DNA from: Tubiluchus corallicola | Lineage: Eukaryota; Animalia; Priapulida | DNA: 64,000 nucleotides | Assembly: GCA_030141605.1 (NCBI GenBank) | Contig: JAQGDQ010000160.1 | Coordinates: 310,001-374,000, forward strand | Direction of reading: 5' to 3' | Shown here: positions 1-13,900 of the stretch, one piece after another | How positions within the stretch are numbered: position 1 is the stretch's first letter | Layout of the letters: each line of letters opens with the position of its first letter | Program-made: the position numbers and the translations under genes | Notes under the pieces: model-generated | Told to the model about the DNA's origin: nothing | The model's database searches: none | What the model saw: the letters and a program-made list of their open reading frames with translations, nothing else

Positions 1-229
1 TTTCTGCAAAATTTATAAAACTGAGATCTGAAGAACGAAATCGCAAAAGACGGAATGCTATGCATTTCCAGAAAAGGCTTTCAATGTAGGGTGTAAAAGG
101 CATAGTTTGGTTTCTTTGGAGGTTCACGTGCGGATGCAATAAGCACTTTCCCGGTCCATCCACCTAATTTTCATAAAAAATGCAAACAGAGACTAGAAAA
201 AAGAGACCATTCTACTGTGTTATAGAGCT

Positions 230-860
230 ACCAACTGTCTGAGAAATTTTAATGTCAAGATAATTTGATGAATAATACCAAGACAGAACAATGTAGCATT
301 GTGGTGATATTCCTTAGAAAAAATAGAAATGTCTGGTAGTTTACTAGGTAGTGAAGCTGACATAGCACAGAAAAATATTAGCATTGACCGCATATTATAA
401 ATTTACAAATGCCTTTGAAAATCCAAATCTCACCACGGAAACTAAACTACAAATTTTGTCACAACTAGTAGAACCTGCATTATTTTGTATGTAGAAATAC
501 GTTGGGTATAAAATGGCAAAAGTATAAAATTCAAATCAGGATCTATATATACGTATGTAATTTAACAGACAAGAAAGAATGGAGTGAGGTCAAACAGAAG
601 CGTTGGCTCAGATGGATTGGATGTCACCAGAATTCTCACTTATTACAGCATTATTTTACATAAAGCACTAGTACCTGGGAAGAAGCCAAGAAGAGGACAG
701 TTGGTCACATTATTAAGATACTCTGAAGAGTGATTTTTCTCCACTTGACTTAAACAATGTAGATGCTTACATAACGGTAGATTGGGGAACTTGGTACCAA
801 ATTATGAGTGGTACAATGATGCGTAACATCAGCACCTAAGATGATGATGATGATGATCAT
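230..860 (+). mobile_element. Decayed 3' end of an RTE-like non-LTR retrotransposon with (ATG)n tail
   Basis: Broken frames give GSLLGSEADI, NLTTETKLQIL..LVEP, KKEWSEVKQKRWLRWIG and PGKKPRRG, the usual RTE post-RT motif order; ends in (ATG)n at 841-858. Confidence 0.65.
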
Positions 861-1809
861 GACAGAGAGAGATATTATTATTGCTATGAAATATCTGTTA
901 ACCTATTCATCAATACCAGGGCATTTAAGCAAAAGCTTTGAGGCATTAAGAAAAAACTATGTAGAATGTTTGCACATTGTTGACTGTGCACAGAATGCTT
1001 TTTGGGGTTTGGCTAATATATAATAAAAGTCAAGGCTGTTATCGAAACTGTATTTACATACTGAAACCAAAACTTTTCGAAACATAGGAAACCGATGCCG
1101 AACCGAAACACTTTTGCAAAACCAACTACTATTAAAACTGGAAAAAATTCTAAAATAGAATATTTTGTTTGTTTGCTTTCATTTGCTGTGATGCAAAATT
1201 ACTGATAAAAAGTGAATAGAAAAAGGACAAGGATGTTTTATAGTACAGAACCTCAACTTTGATGGAGTGGCTTACACTAGATAATGTGTTATAAAGTTTT
1301 TAGATTTAAGTATCCTTAATAATTAATATTTAAAGATCATAATGCTTCATTAAAAATAAACAAATTTTATTTTGTAGATATTTTTGTTGCTTATATTTCA
1401 AAAATTATAAAATTAAATGTGATTTTGCTTAAGTAAATTCAAACATGGTTTGATATTTCGGCCGATTGGGCCCTAAAACTTCACAGTCGTCAGCAATGAA
1501 AATATACCGCATTGCCGGTAAAAGCATATCACAAAATGTTATGCACACGAAATTTTCGCTTTGTTTGAACCAATAAGAGAAAAAGGAAAATTGGATAAAT
1601 ACTAGCAAAACCTTGGGAAAATGCTACCAAAATTTGGAAAAATTATTTTCAAATCGATTCTCAAATCAGTAAGTAGTCCCACTAACCGATTTGCAGAAAA
1701 AAAAACAATCTCAAACAGCTAACTGTCATTATTAAAATCAAAATACTGCAATTCTTACTACAATATGTTTCAGCACAAATAAAACAGATTCATAAAATAA
1801 ACAATTTAC

Positions 1810-1965
1810 CGTATCAGTTTCTCCTTCATCGTTTTCTTCGTCTGTGTCAAATATTTGGTCAAGGTCACTGCTTGTGGGCTTCAAATCTTCTTCTCTCATC
1901 AAATGACCGCTATGAGGTCCAACTCTTGGAGTAGCACTTGGGGGCGATCCAAATGGAATTTCCTC
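1810..1965 (-). CDS. MED13: MED13 exon 13
   Basis: EEIPFGSPP...[25 protein letters not shown]; AAG acceptor. Confidence 0.85.
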
Positions 1966-4900
1966 CTTAAATGAAGCGACAAATCAAATCAGCATCAGTA
2001 TTTTAAACAATTTACTATCATAGGCCCGTTTTCCATGTGCACGTTTCGTGCAAGTTGCAGTGCGTAGAAAAATCAGTTCACTGCAGTTGCGTGCCACTGT
2101 TTCATATGGGCATTTCCGCACACTAGTATTTCTTCGCAGGCAGAAAAGTCACGTAAAGACCGACTTTTCCGCTAGGGAGTTGGGTAAAAAGACACTCGCG
2201 CATGCACAGACTGTGTAAATACTATAATCATATACAGACTGTGTAAATACTATAATACAGGTTGGAAATTTTGAAGTTACTTCTCCGACGAAGACAGAGA
2301 AATCGTATGTTACAATTAAGACTACTATCACTCAGTGATGAGTGCAGGAGCCACAGGTTCTGGTTCCATGACATACTCAAGCAAAGACAGGAATTTGGAG
2401 CATACTATCGCCTGGTGACAGAGCTGGAACTGGACAGTCAGAAATACCACAAATATTTCAATACTGGGAGCAGATGGCGTTCTAATTCTGCGATTCCACA
2501 CATTCAAATATATTATCTCGCGTTCAGAAACGTGTGCTGAAACTTGCCAGTGTAAACGCTCACATGGAAATCGTGCCTTACACTGCAAGAATAACCAGGA
2601 ATAAGAGATGTATACATGTGGTCTCATCATACTCTTACCTTGATCTTAAGGTTTTCGTCACTTCGGTTGCGAAATTGAAACATCTCAGTGACAGCGGGCT
2701 GAATCTCATCATCTTCGTGAAATTCATACACGTCAACATTTTCCTGCTAATCAGAAAAAGACTAAAATAAACAAAAAAACTACATTGTACTTAAAAATTA
2801 AAAGCAAATTGCACAAAAGTGACCTAACCTGACCAAGGTAATACGAAAAACGTAAAAATGTGTTTGGTAAAGAATCTTAGCACATTTCCAGTTGCATTCA
2901 GTGATAATCCATGAAATTCACAACACAACAATTAAAGCAAGGCAATTATTTTAAATACAATCTACAAATACAACAGACACCAATAGGAAGAAATGTAGAA
3001 GAATTATTTAAGAATCAGGTAATTTTGCTATACCTGCACATCCTGTCTTTGAACTGGTGAAACAATTGGATGCCCAGGTTGCAAGGCAGGGGAAAACGGC
3101 ATCAAACGATTACCATCAGGTCTTTGCATTTGGTGATCCGTCGCCCTAAATCGCTTTACCGGATGATTTAACCTGCAAAATATTGTATATTTATTACCTG
3201 AACATGTAAATAGAGACAAGAACATTAAATGGTGCTGCCACATTAAATGCATGTGCACTATAATATTTTGTTAACAGAAATAAAGTCTTTGGGAAGCTAA
3301 AATAAGAACTGCACATGCTGTACACACAAAATGTTTTTACATTTGCTAAGGGAAAACATCTTACCAAGCTTTGACAAGTGTGTAATCATACAACATATCT
3401 ACTTCGACATCTTCTGTACTGGGAAATTCTAAAGATGGGAGCCGAGGACGTTTCAATTCCAACTTTTCAACAGGCACAGTGGATGGTGTCACTGACTTTG
3501 TCCAATGCAAAACGTCAGCCATTTTGTCTGGACTCGCTGTGCTTGGTGGCGTTTGCTGCTTCAAGTCCAAATTTTCCGCCGGTGTCACACTTGCTGTTTT
3601 GCTGTCTATATGCTCATGAGATTCTGGTAGATCAGTGTTTGCAGAGGGAGGATGAGGGGAAAGGGTGGGCATAGTCGGATCTGACACTGTCGTCGAAGAC
3701 GTATTGAGAACTGGTACGACAAGTGGGGAAGGAGCTGCAGGAACTGGAGAATCAGTTCGTAACCGAAAGTTTGGTGGCGTTCCAGAGCGTAGTTCTGGAG
3801 TGGGTGCTGGCGTTAATGTACGCTGATGCGTGAAGTCTTGATTAGGAGCTGTTCCTTCAAAAATTTGGCGTCGGTGAAACATGCCCGATGTGCGGAGTCG
3901 CGATTTTTCAAAACGATCAGGTTTGTCTATAGGTTTGTGTTTTCCTTGACCCAACCCAACCTTTAATTTGGCTTTTGACCTAAGTAACCAAAAACAAATA
4001 ATAGTTAAGTGTTTGCTGTACAGCGACGAGTATCAATATTACCTCTCAGCAATGTTAACCTATGTTAAAAACAGTTATGCTCAAAAACCAATTATTACAA
4101 TACCTATACAATTTTTGTAGGCACAAAGCATTAGAGACACTTCACACTTCTATAATATTACTGATAAGAATAACATCCTTTTTTTAATATTCTATTAGCG
4201 CAGCATCAGTTCAAATGAGTAAAAAAATCAGACCATGTTAGTTAGCGTACCTGCACAAACACGTCATTTTTTGTAGGGGATCGGTAAAATCCCACTGTGC
4301 AAGAGCGTCTGTTGAAGCCGATGTTGTCATCGAATCACGACCACTACCATCGCTGGGTAGCCTGCAAATAGATTTATATTACTCACTCAGCTCATACAAA
4401 ACAGTCACCCAATTTTTGTTTCTTATGCCAATCCAAATACCGGGAGCTCATTTTTACATGAGTAACATAATAACACTTTTCACAGTTTCGTTGTGCACAC
4501 GCACAGTTGCTGTAAGTCAAAGGTAAAGTGTACCACAGCAACATGTCTCGACTACAACCGTGATGTGATATATGTGCAAAGCAAAGCCGTCTGCTGTGCC
4601 AGTTCAGTAACTTCAGTTGTTTTACGTAGACTTTATTTAATTATGCAATAGTCTGTGCGTAGAGTGACTTATTAGCAGGATTTTGCTTGGGAACAAAAAA
4701 ATGAACTAGGTAAGGTTCAAAGTAGCTGTTAAAACTGTTACTATAACAACAGCATGAGCAGCGAGGTATGGTCAAGTATACACAAATGCATTGTCTGGTA
4801 CACTTAACACTTTTGAACTTTTCACGGTCATCATCAATCTCTGGAACTGTGAAAAGGCTTACTGAAGACCCATATCTAAAAATGGAAAAACTCAAGCAAA

Positions 4901-7900
4901 TTTTCACAAGTTTTTGACTACTAATTCAAGCATTTAAATGCAATGAAATAAAGTTAGTATACGAAAGCCACAACAAAAATACCGTTTAGCATGAGATCCA
5001 TTCAGGACAGTATCTTGCCAAACTGTATTCACTAATCGGCCAGATAAGCGCCCTTCTGGTATAGCAGAACAAGGATCAACAGACAAAGACTGTCGATATG
5101 TGGAATTTGGGATAACCTGAAAAAACTGAACATTGTGAATCTCTTCCCATGCATAATTTATGCCTTACTTATCACTTACACAATTATCAGTTAGGTAAAC
5201 GATTTACAAATAAATTTATAAATTTACAAAAGAAGTTCTATAAATCTAGGCACTAAATTTAACTGATTTGAAAAAAAAACCAATCAGCACATAGTTATGG
5301 TGCTCACCTTTATCTGTGTTTCGTGTATTGATGAAGGATCACACGGAGAAGTTGGGGGGGTGAGTGAAATTGAAGACAAGTTTGCTACAGACAAAGCATT
5401 AGAATTTGGCATGGATTTCGATGGCTGTGAAGTAGGATGGGGTGTGTTGGTCCCAGAGGGTGGATAAGAAGGTGGCGGAGCAGAAGGTTCGGAATCCACA
5501 ACAAGTACATAGCAGGATGGATAGCACATACGAACACCACCTGTAAATAGATAATGAATACATTAAATAGCAATGCCATATTAAGTGTATGCATTTCAAG
5601 CTTTTACTAATGGAAAATAAGTTTATAATTGGAAATGATAAATAAGGAGTCACAACAGAGCATTAATCATTGTTACTCTGGTGGGAGGAGATCTTGTAAA
5701 AACTTGAGGTGACATCACTTTATCTGATACATGAGGAATTGGTCGAGATTAGAACATGTTTCGATAATTAGCTGACAACTGCCAGCAAAAAGATCCAAAC
5801 TGACGGAAAAGAAAACAAAAAATCATTTTTGTTTAAAAAGAAAGAGATAAGAAAGATGTGAGGTTGTTGAACGGTTTCTTAAATTATATGTAGCCTATAA
5901 AAACAACAATACACAATAATTAACACTTTAACTAAACATATGTTACATGATGTAAAATCTCAGTAACATGTTTCAACTAGTGTAAAATTGTTATGTAAAC
6001 TAATGTAACGCTGGGTGTTTAGAAAGTTCTCTGTATTACCTTGTAAGATTTTGAAAGGTTGCAATTTATCGCCTATGCAGATAGCCACAGTAAAATTATG
6101 AGAAAGACTGTACAAGGTGTCTAGAAAATGGGAATTTTATTTTTTTACCAAGAAACAACTGAGAGAAATACTAGAGCACGTGTTGTCTTTTAAAACAAAC
6201 AACTCTTTTGAACAAGTGTTTAGCAAGAAACTCGACACCTTTAAGCATTTTTATAATCACATTTGCAAAAACTTTATAGTCAATTTGCTCAGTTATGAAT
6301 CACAGTCAAATATATATCAGAACTTTGTTATATTCACGAGTTTTCTTAAATATAAAAAATATGGCAACCTGAAAATATCACTTACCAACAATAACCTCTA
6401 CAGCCCTAGGCAAATCAGTCCCATTTAGTGATGAGTGGCTGTCCTTATTCTCTCTACTGTCCACGGGATAGAACTGATGCCAGTCATTAAGCAGCTTTGC
6501 TGTAGTTAAATCAGTGTCCTTGTAAGAGTTACCCGTGAGTGTTCCACTTAAACCAAAAGGACTCAAAATAACTGCAAACAAAATATAATAAAAGTCACAA
6601 AAGTGTCAATACAAAAAAACAAGACTTTTAAGTATTCAGATCCACACCTGTGAGCACGACTGCATTTATTACTTGATTATGCCTGCTCCAGTGTGGCAAT
6701 AAAAGTAAGTTGACTCGCCTCAAAAGCTGTACATTATTATACATATGTGCGACTGACCATTGTTCAAGGCGCCTGCAACTAGTTACCCAATGAGCAGTTT
6801 GTCCTAATTTTCACACTTTGTCTCCCATCTCAGACCCTTAAGCAATTCCAACTTTTTTAATTTCACCACTGTCCGAGCCCCACCTGAGGTATCTATCATT
6901 CAAGTTTTGTGATCCTAGCCTCTGCGTTGCAAGTTAACTTGAATTAAAAATGGAATTAAAATGAGAGGCAAACATGCTTAAATGATAAAAAACCTATCAG
7001 TTCTCTTAGAACCCATGCTGTTCACAGATAGAAAGCAAAAAAGGTACAAACTCTAGATTCTCTAGAAGTAAAGTGTAATTTACCTTGTAGACCAGTACTA
7101 GAACCTTGGGCAAGGGTAAGATGGCTAGCTTGGAGCAACCGCACAGGGGGGTGGTGTCGAACATCAACACTTGCGCAGACGGTGCTGTCACCATGCAGAA
7201 ATAACCGGAATGAACAGGATAAATGAGCACTGAAAACAAAAATTCTGTAAAGTTTATGCACAAATACACATAACTTGAAGGGATGAAAGAAAATCATTTG
7301 TATTGTTGCTTTAACTTTCCACCGATTTTATAATTTTATCTACATTACTAGAACTTAGTAATATTGCAGCAATAATTAACACAGCATGCCCAAGTTAAAA
7401 AGGAAACTTGGAGAGTACAATTTAAGAGTGTAACCAATAGACAAACTACATTGTACAGAATTATCTCCTGCTTACGAAATCTGCCTCTGCCCGAAACAGT
7501 ACTTTTATTGCAGTATAGTTAAATGTGTTATGCCGTAGAAGTTTATTAAAATAATTACTTCTATTCTGCCTACTCGTACCAGTAAGATATTATCTGATGG
7601 AATTTTTCCACATAAAAAAAGCTCTTAACTACTTTGGGTTACTATAAGAACTAATGGCTTTAAATAAGTATTTAAGAAAATAAATGATTTTGTTTGCCGC
7701 AGTGCTAGGTGATGACGTCAGTGCACAAACAAATAAATCAGCTACAGTGTTGTCATTCCCTGTTAAAAGAGAGAACACAGACTAGCCTAAGTGAAAGTCA
7801 ATAATCAGAATAATACTAGACAGTTTATTAATAATGTAGTAATTGTTCAGGTGAAGTAAACCTGCACATGAAGGGAAGCTCAAAGAAATGTCATCACACA

Positions 7901-10900
7901 ATGTTGCACTCTCCCAGAATACCCCGCCAATCAATAGTTCACTTCACTTACTTAAAACCTCAACCTCACTGAAAAGAACGTCTCATTTTCTGCAAACTTT
8001 CAGTCGCTTTGCCAAGATAAATGGCTTTGTTAAAGAATTAGAGTAATCAGTTTTCCCGAACAGCAGCTGAAAGCCGGGCTTACTATTTTTCACTGACTGA
8101 CAGGCATGAATACTCCGAAAGTATACTAAATTTATATTAAATCTGACTTGTATATTACATTCTTAATATGTACTCGTTACTGTAACAATTTAGGTTCTAA
8201 TGGCAGGCACCAAAGTAAAAACAAACACCATATAAACATTTTGTGCAATCACGGTAATGTATGACATCAAGAACTGTTTACAGTCTATCATTATCGTTGA
8301 CCTAAAACTAGTGTAGAGATTGTAGTCTAGCTTTATTTTTTTTTGTAATAGAAAGATGATAAATAATTATTGATTTTACACATCTAAGTAGCCATTGAAC
8401 TGCCAATCCAGAAACAAAATGCTATTATACATTAAATTTAAAAGGATACTTAGTGACAGAAAGTGCTATAATTTTCTTCCTCCTATTACAGAAATAGCTG
8501 TTATTTCTGATCATTTTATCCAACCTGTCATTGTTGTCAGGCGAAGATTTATTTATCATTCATTCACTGAGAAAACCAGTCTGGTGTCAGGTAGCGATTT
8601 GCACCAGCAGAGAAGTTAAACTTAATAGCAAACAGTCCAAACACTAGGCATTCCAAGTATACAATACCGTATCGCTGCATAATACCAGTTCTACTGTAGT
8701 TAGTGTACAGCCATTGTGTTATTACAAAACCCCATTAGTGAGAATCGAAAAAGTGGTTCCTAAACCCCTACATGAACATTGCTGAATATGTACATAAGTC
8801 TAACCATACAATAGTTTCTTAACTAACTAATGTTTTAAAGATAAATAGCTAGATTTGGGACAAGTTAATGATATGTTTATGAAGAAATTTGGAAAAACAA
8901 GTTTTCTGCAGTACTGGTGCTTTTAATTTGCTGCTTGCAAGTAAGCATGAATGTAATAAATTTATATTAACATAGCATCATTCAATGTGACAAAGTCATT
9001 TATTGTTAAAACTTATTTAAGTAACTTTTTTGCAATTATAGCACAAAAATTTATAGAAACATTTCAAGTAGGCCTGCATTTATTTGCTGAAGTAATTAAC
9101 TAATGCCTGGCCTAGTTTCTATTAACACTAACTGCAATGGTAAAATGGACGGATGTTTATAATAAAATTCTAAAAAATAATAGCAAAGAATTTAAGCAAA
9201 GAATCAAGCACAGTGGCATCTAAAAGGCTTATTTGCCAATTCAGTATTTATAGTTAAAAAATCTTTTAGAAGATACTATGCTTCACTCTTTACTTTTTAA
9301 ATAAAAATTGTTTGTTATTATCTTCAAAGACATCATTTTAAACATCCTCCCGTTTTACCGATGCAGTTAGCGTCAATAGAAACTAGGCCAGGCATTAGTT
9401 AATTACATAAGCAAACAAATGAACATAAAACAAAGCAAAGTGGAAGATTACTTTGAAATACAAGGATTTTTTAACAAAGTTTCAAAGACAAGGAAACTCT
9501 TAATTAACAGAAAATAACTAGGATTATGTCAGTAGCATTCAAGTCTAACTGCATGCGATATAAACTAGAAAGCATGAAAATTTAATTTTTCCCTTGTTTT
9601 GTTTTTGTTTTTGTCTAGTGTTTCTAATTTGCAGATGTGGTGCTGACAAGCTGGTTACTGTGATAACCGTAACCACTGTCCAGTATTATGACATGGTAAT
9701 GAATTGTGGATAATTGTTCCGGCCACCACTACATATAATTATGCCTACTGCTGACATTAACAGGATGTTAAAAAAATATTCACCTGCTTTCCAATGATGA
9801 TTTGGGAAGATGTCCGTTTTCATATGGCTGTACAAACCACTTGCCTAACCGCACAAAATTCCTTGTCATCAAACACCTGAAAAAAAGCAATATACAAAAA
9901 ATTAGATCTGTCATCTCGATTTCCTACTCTATATATACATGTACAGCACAATATGTAACATAACATAAGTGCCCAGGAACGCTGAACATCAACGCAAATC
10001 AATGGGTGACCTGGTTTGCAGTAAACTGAAGCCATAAAAGTGTTATTCAATTAACAGTAATTCATTTACACTAGAATATTCACACCCACACATATGGTGA
10101 AAACTAAAGACTACATGGAAACGAGGCAGGTAAAATTACTACTAAATCAACCAAAGGTATAAAGCAACCTAATACATTTTTACTATAATGCTCTATAAAG
10201 GTAAATGCTGCTTTCTATCATGTCAGCCAGCTAATAGAATAGTTGCCAAATAGAATAGCGGCGAGTCGAGAAAAATGCGAACCATACTACGTTATCTTAT
10301 CCGCATCATTTACCTCGCAAAAGTACTTTTTATAGCAGTTTTAAATAGCTAAACATAAGTGTACGACCCAATTTATTATAAAAAAATGACAGACATCAAA
10401 ATGCGCTCTGCATCACTAACTACAAGCGATTTTTTTATTAATCGAATTGAAACAGTAGTAAGTAGTAATTTAGTAACGGTTTTCGTCTCTTCAAGATTTT
10501 ACTGTTTAAACGGACTGATATGGTATAACATGGACTTTTCACTTAAATTGAATTTTCAAAAAATAACTGTATTTGTATATGATTGTTGTTTTAGTGATTT
10601 GCTAGTACAAAAAGAAAAAAAGCTGTGTAAAAACAAAAAAGTGCACATAATATATCTCCACGTTTTTTATTGGAAAAAATACGCTTTTAACCGCCACACG
10701 TATTTCACGCAAAAATTAGCACTGACATAACTATTATTGTAACATTTTTCTCAGAATTAGCCTTAAAAGATGTAGATAACTGTTTGGAGAACTAGAAGTG
10801 TAGACACTACGACACAGGTTTACCCTTGGAGTTAAGCGGCTAAGACTAATTGCAGCAGGTTGGCCCAGCTTACATTTATCGCGGCACAAGATCGCAAATC

Positions 10901-13900
10901 CGTGTTGGGCAGACCTCGGACTGACCGCAATAGTCTGGCTTCAGGCTTGTTAACAGCATCAGACTAGAAACCAGGCGGTAACAGACACAGCCCCAGTGAC
11001 AGATCAATATTACTGAACGTTTACACAGCGCTAAAGGCAGTATCAATTTCGAAAGTTGGATGCATTGATAATACGTGATAACTAGGAACTTCTAATGAGT
11101 GGCGCATGCTCATGCCTGTAACGCACATCGGAGGATCAACAATAAACCGCACGTTAAAACAATGATGAGATTTAATGTATTTCCACTTACCACGGAAGTC
11201 ATTACTTAATTATTTATTTTTAAAAGTGAAATTATTACATTTTGCTATATCAGGACTAGCGTGGCCCAACTATTAAAAATTTTGACCTGTAAGTTACAAA
11301 AGTCTCCTATTACACTTGTTGGGTAATAACATCATTTGCACAATTGTATATTTTAATTGTTTTACTCATAATCATTAGTCTCTGCTAGTGAGCCCAGCGT
11401 ATGGCACTGATCTGTATATCTTCTTACATACTACGCAGCTGTCACGTTCTATTAATTGCCTTAATGCTACTTCGCTATACTTCATGGAAATTCTACCGTG
11501 TTATGTACATACCAAACCGGTATAATAGCGTACAGCAGTCGGAAATAACAATGGCGCAACAGAAGTAATGGAAAATTCCAATAAAAGTAAATCGTGTAGG
11601 GATACCTGCTTTGCAGTAAATTAATACACAAGCAAGTCAAACAAGGATTTTTTTGTTCAGTAAATATAAGAAATCAGTAATTTTTTTGTTGTCTCAAAAT
11701 ATTCATCATTCTGAATAAAGCGCCATTTACCAGACAGCCAGAATGCCTTAAGGGCTATTGCGTAAAAATCATTTCATTTTGTTTTCAAGGCAGCACCCTT
11801 TTACCAGACCAGCGCTTAACACTATTTAAAGCACAAGAAAACCCCCTACTTACATCAAGCTTAAAAATTTATCTTGAAATTTTATACCACTTACACACTG
11901 CCTTTTTGCATGCAGGGGTTGCGTCGGTAGTAACGCTGTATAAAACTGGTAAATTTAAAGTCCCACAATGACCATTAGGTGCAGCCATTTTAACAGTAGA
12001 CCGTTTGAAACAAGTTTAGATAACACTGCATTAAGTTTGAAAAAAATAACCAGAGTATGCACAGCACACACATTACTAAGTAAAATTTTAAATTTCTAGT
12101 TATACAAGGCTTTCCAGTAGGTAAGCGAAATGCTAAGTAATATAGATTTGCATGGAAAGATTTTTGGGACATAATTTAACATTGCCTTTTCTTCCCCTGA
12201 TTTACCAGACAGCCAGAATGCCTTAAGGGCTATTGCGTAAAAATCATTTCATTTTGTTTTCAAGGCAGCACCCTTTTACCAGACCAGCGCTTAACGCTAT
12301 TTAAAGCACAAGAAAACCCCCTACTTACATCAAGCTTAAAAATTTATCTTGAAATTTTATACCACTTACACACTGCCTTTTTGCATGCAGGGGTTGCGTC
12401 GGTAGTAACGCTGTATAAAACTGGTAAATTTAAAGTCCCACAATGACCATTAGGTGCAGCCATTTTAACAGTAGACCGTTTGAAACAAGTTTAGATAACA
12501 CTGCATTAAGTTTGAAAAAAATAACCAGAGTATGCACAGCACACACATTACTAAGTAAAATTTTAAATTTCTAGTTATACAAGGCTTTCCAGTAGGTAAG
12601 CGAAATGCTAAGTAATATAGATTTGCATGGAAAGATTTTTGGGACATAATTTAACATTGCCTTTTCTTCCCCTGATTTACGTTTGCGTAGGTGACGTCAT
12701 GTAATGGCGACTTCGGAACAGTATTGCGAGAGATTTAAAATGAATACAAACAAAAATTCCTTTTAACGCGAGTACGATATATGCGTAAAAATGTTGTAAA
12801 GTAATATAATTTTTAATGCGATTTTTCTGAAACCTACTTTAGGTACGCCATTTCTTGTCCTTTAAGTTGTACAAAGCTTGATATGCAAAAACGCATTCTG
12901 GGTGTCTGGTAAATGCCGCTTAACAGATAAATTATTATTAGGTTCCTTTAAGTAGAAGCTTATACATTCTTAAACTTAAATTATCAAAAGAATATCCATC
13001 CTCATAGTAATCAAATAGATAAAACTGTATTTATTTCAAACATTTGGAAAGAGCATCAAATGGACAAAAAGATGAATTAGTTTAAATACAACATATTCAG
13101 AACACAACAAAATTAGATTATGGGCAAAAAAGGGTCTTATAGTGCGTTCTTAGAGGCCAAAATTAAACAATGCCGAGCTTAGTCGGCAAATCGAGCTGCA
13201 GGAAACTGTCTCTGGCCAGTTTTATCGCCTGCACTGTCCCCTCAACTATCTACCTTGTCTACTGGAGATAATCATGTCTGTAGGTATCCAAACATGTTAA
13301 AATTTAGAAAGAACTCGAGTGTCAAGTGGTACATAAAGACTGCAAAAAGTAATAAAAATCAAATTCATTTTCAAGTGAAACATTAGTACTTCTAAGACAA
13401 AACTCTGCAAATAATTTAGAGAATGTTTATATCATGGCAAGAATCATAATGATTACCTTTCTATCAAATGATGAAGTGCTTTGAAAAGTAGTGTCCTACA
13501 TTCGTAACGCATGCCATTCTCCCAAGAACCAGGCACAGCACCATCTAGATCTAGAAAAAAGTAAGAAATTAAAAAAAAGTCAATACTTGTTCTTGGACCA
13601 GAGAACTGACACTAATATGAAATAAATTTAACAGTTTCTCTTCTTTATCATGGATTTTTTTTGACCCCCCCCCCAATTTAACATTAGCCATCAAACCAGT
13701 CACTGAAAATTGCTGATCATGATAAGTCTTTATTAGCCTCTTTTTGCAGACAAAAATTTCTGTACTGCAAAATACAAGTTTACATAGACACTAGACAGAG
13801 TGAATTCTATAATATTACATGTTACGCATTCTGTAATTAGCTTTTTTAATTTGTGCGTATAACATTATTTACAGTGACGTTAAACAAGGAGTATTACAGC

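Noticed and set aside
841-1023. 60-aa ORF starting MMMMM
   Set aside because: The Met run is the (ATG)n tail of the RTE-like remnant; no coding features
2262-2540. Possible domesticated Harbinger gene nested in MED13
   Set aside because: Only an N-terminal fragment, no ATG start or DDE domain, enclosed by TIRs
7712-7720. CRE palindrome TGACGTCA (also near 12692)
   Set aside because: Isolated 8-mers; the second lies inside a MITE; no supporting context
11990-12647. Two identical 60-aa ORFs suggesting duplicated small genes
   Set aside because: By-product of the 475-bp duplication inside a MITE
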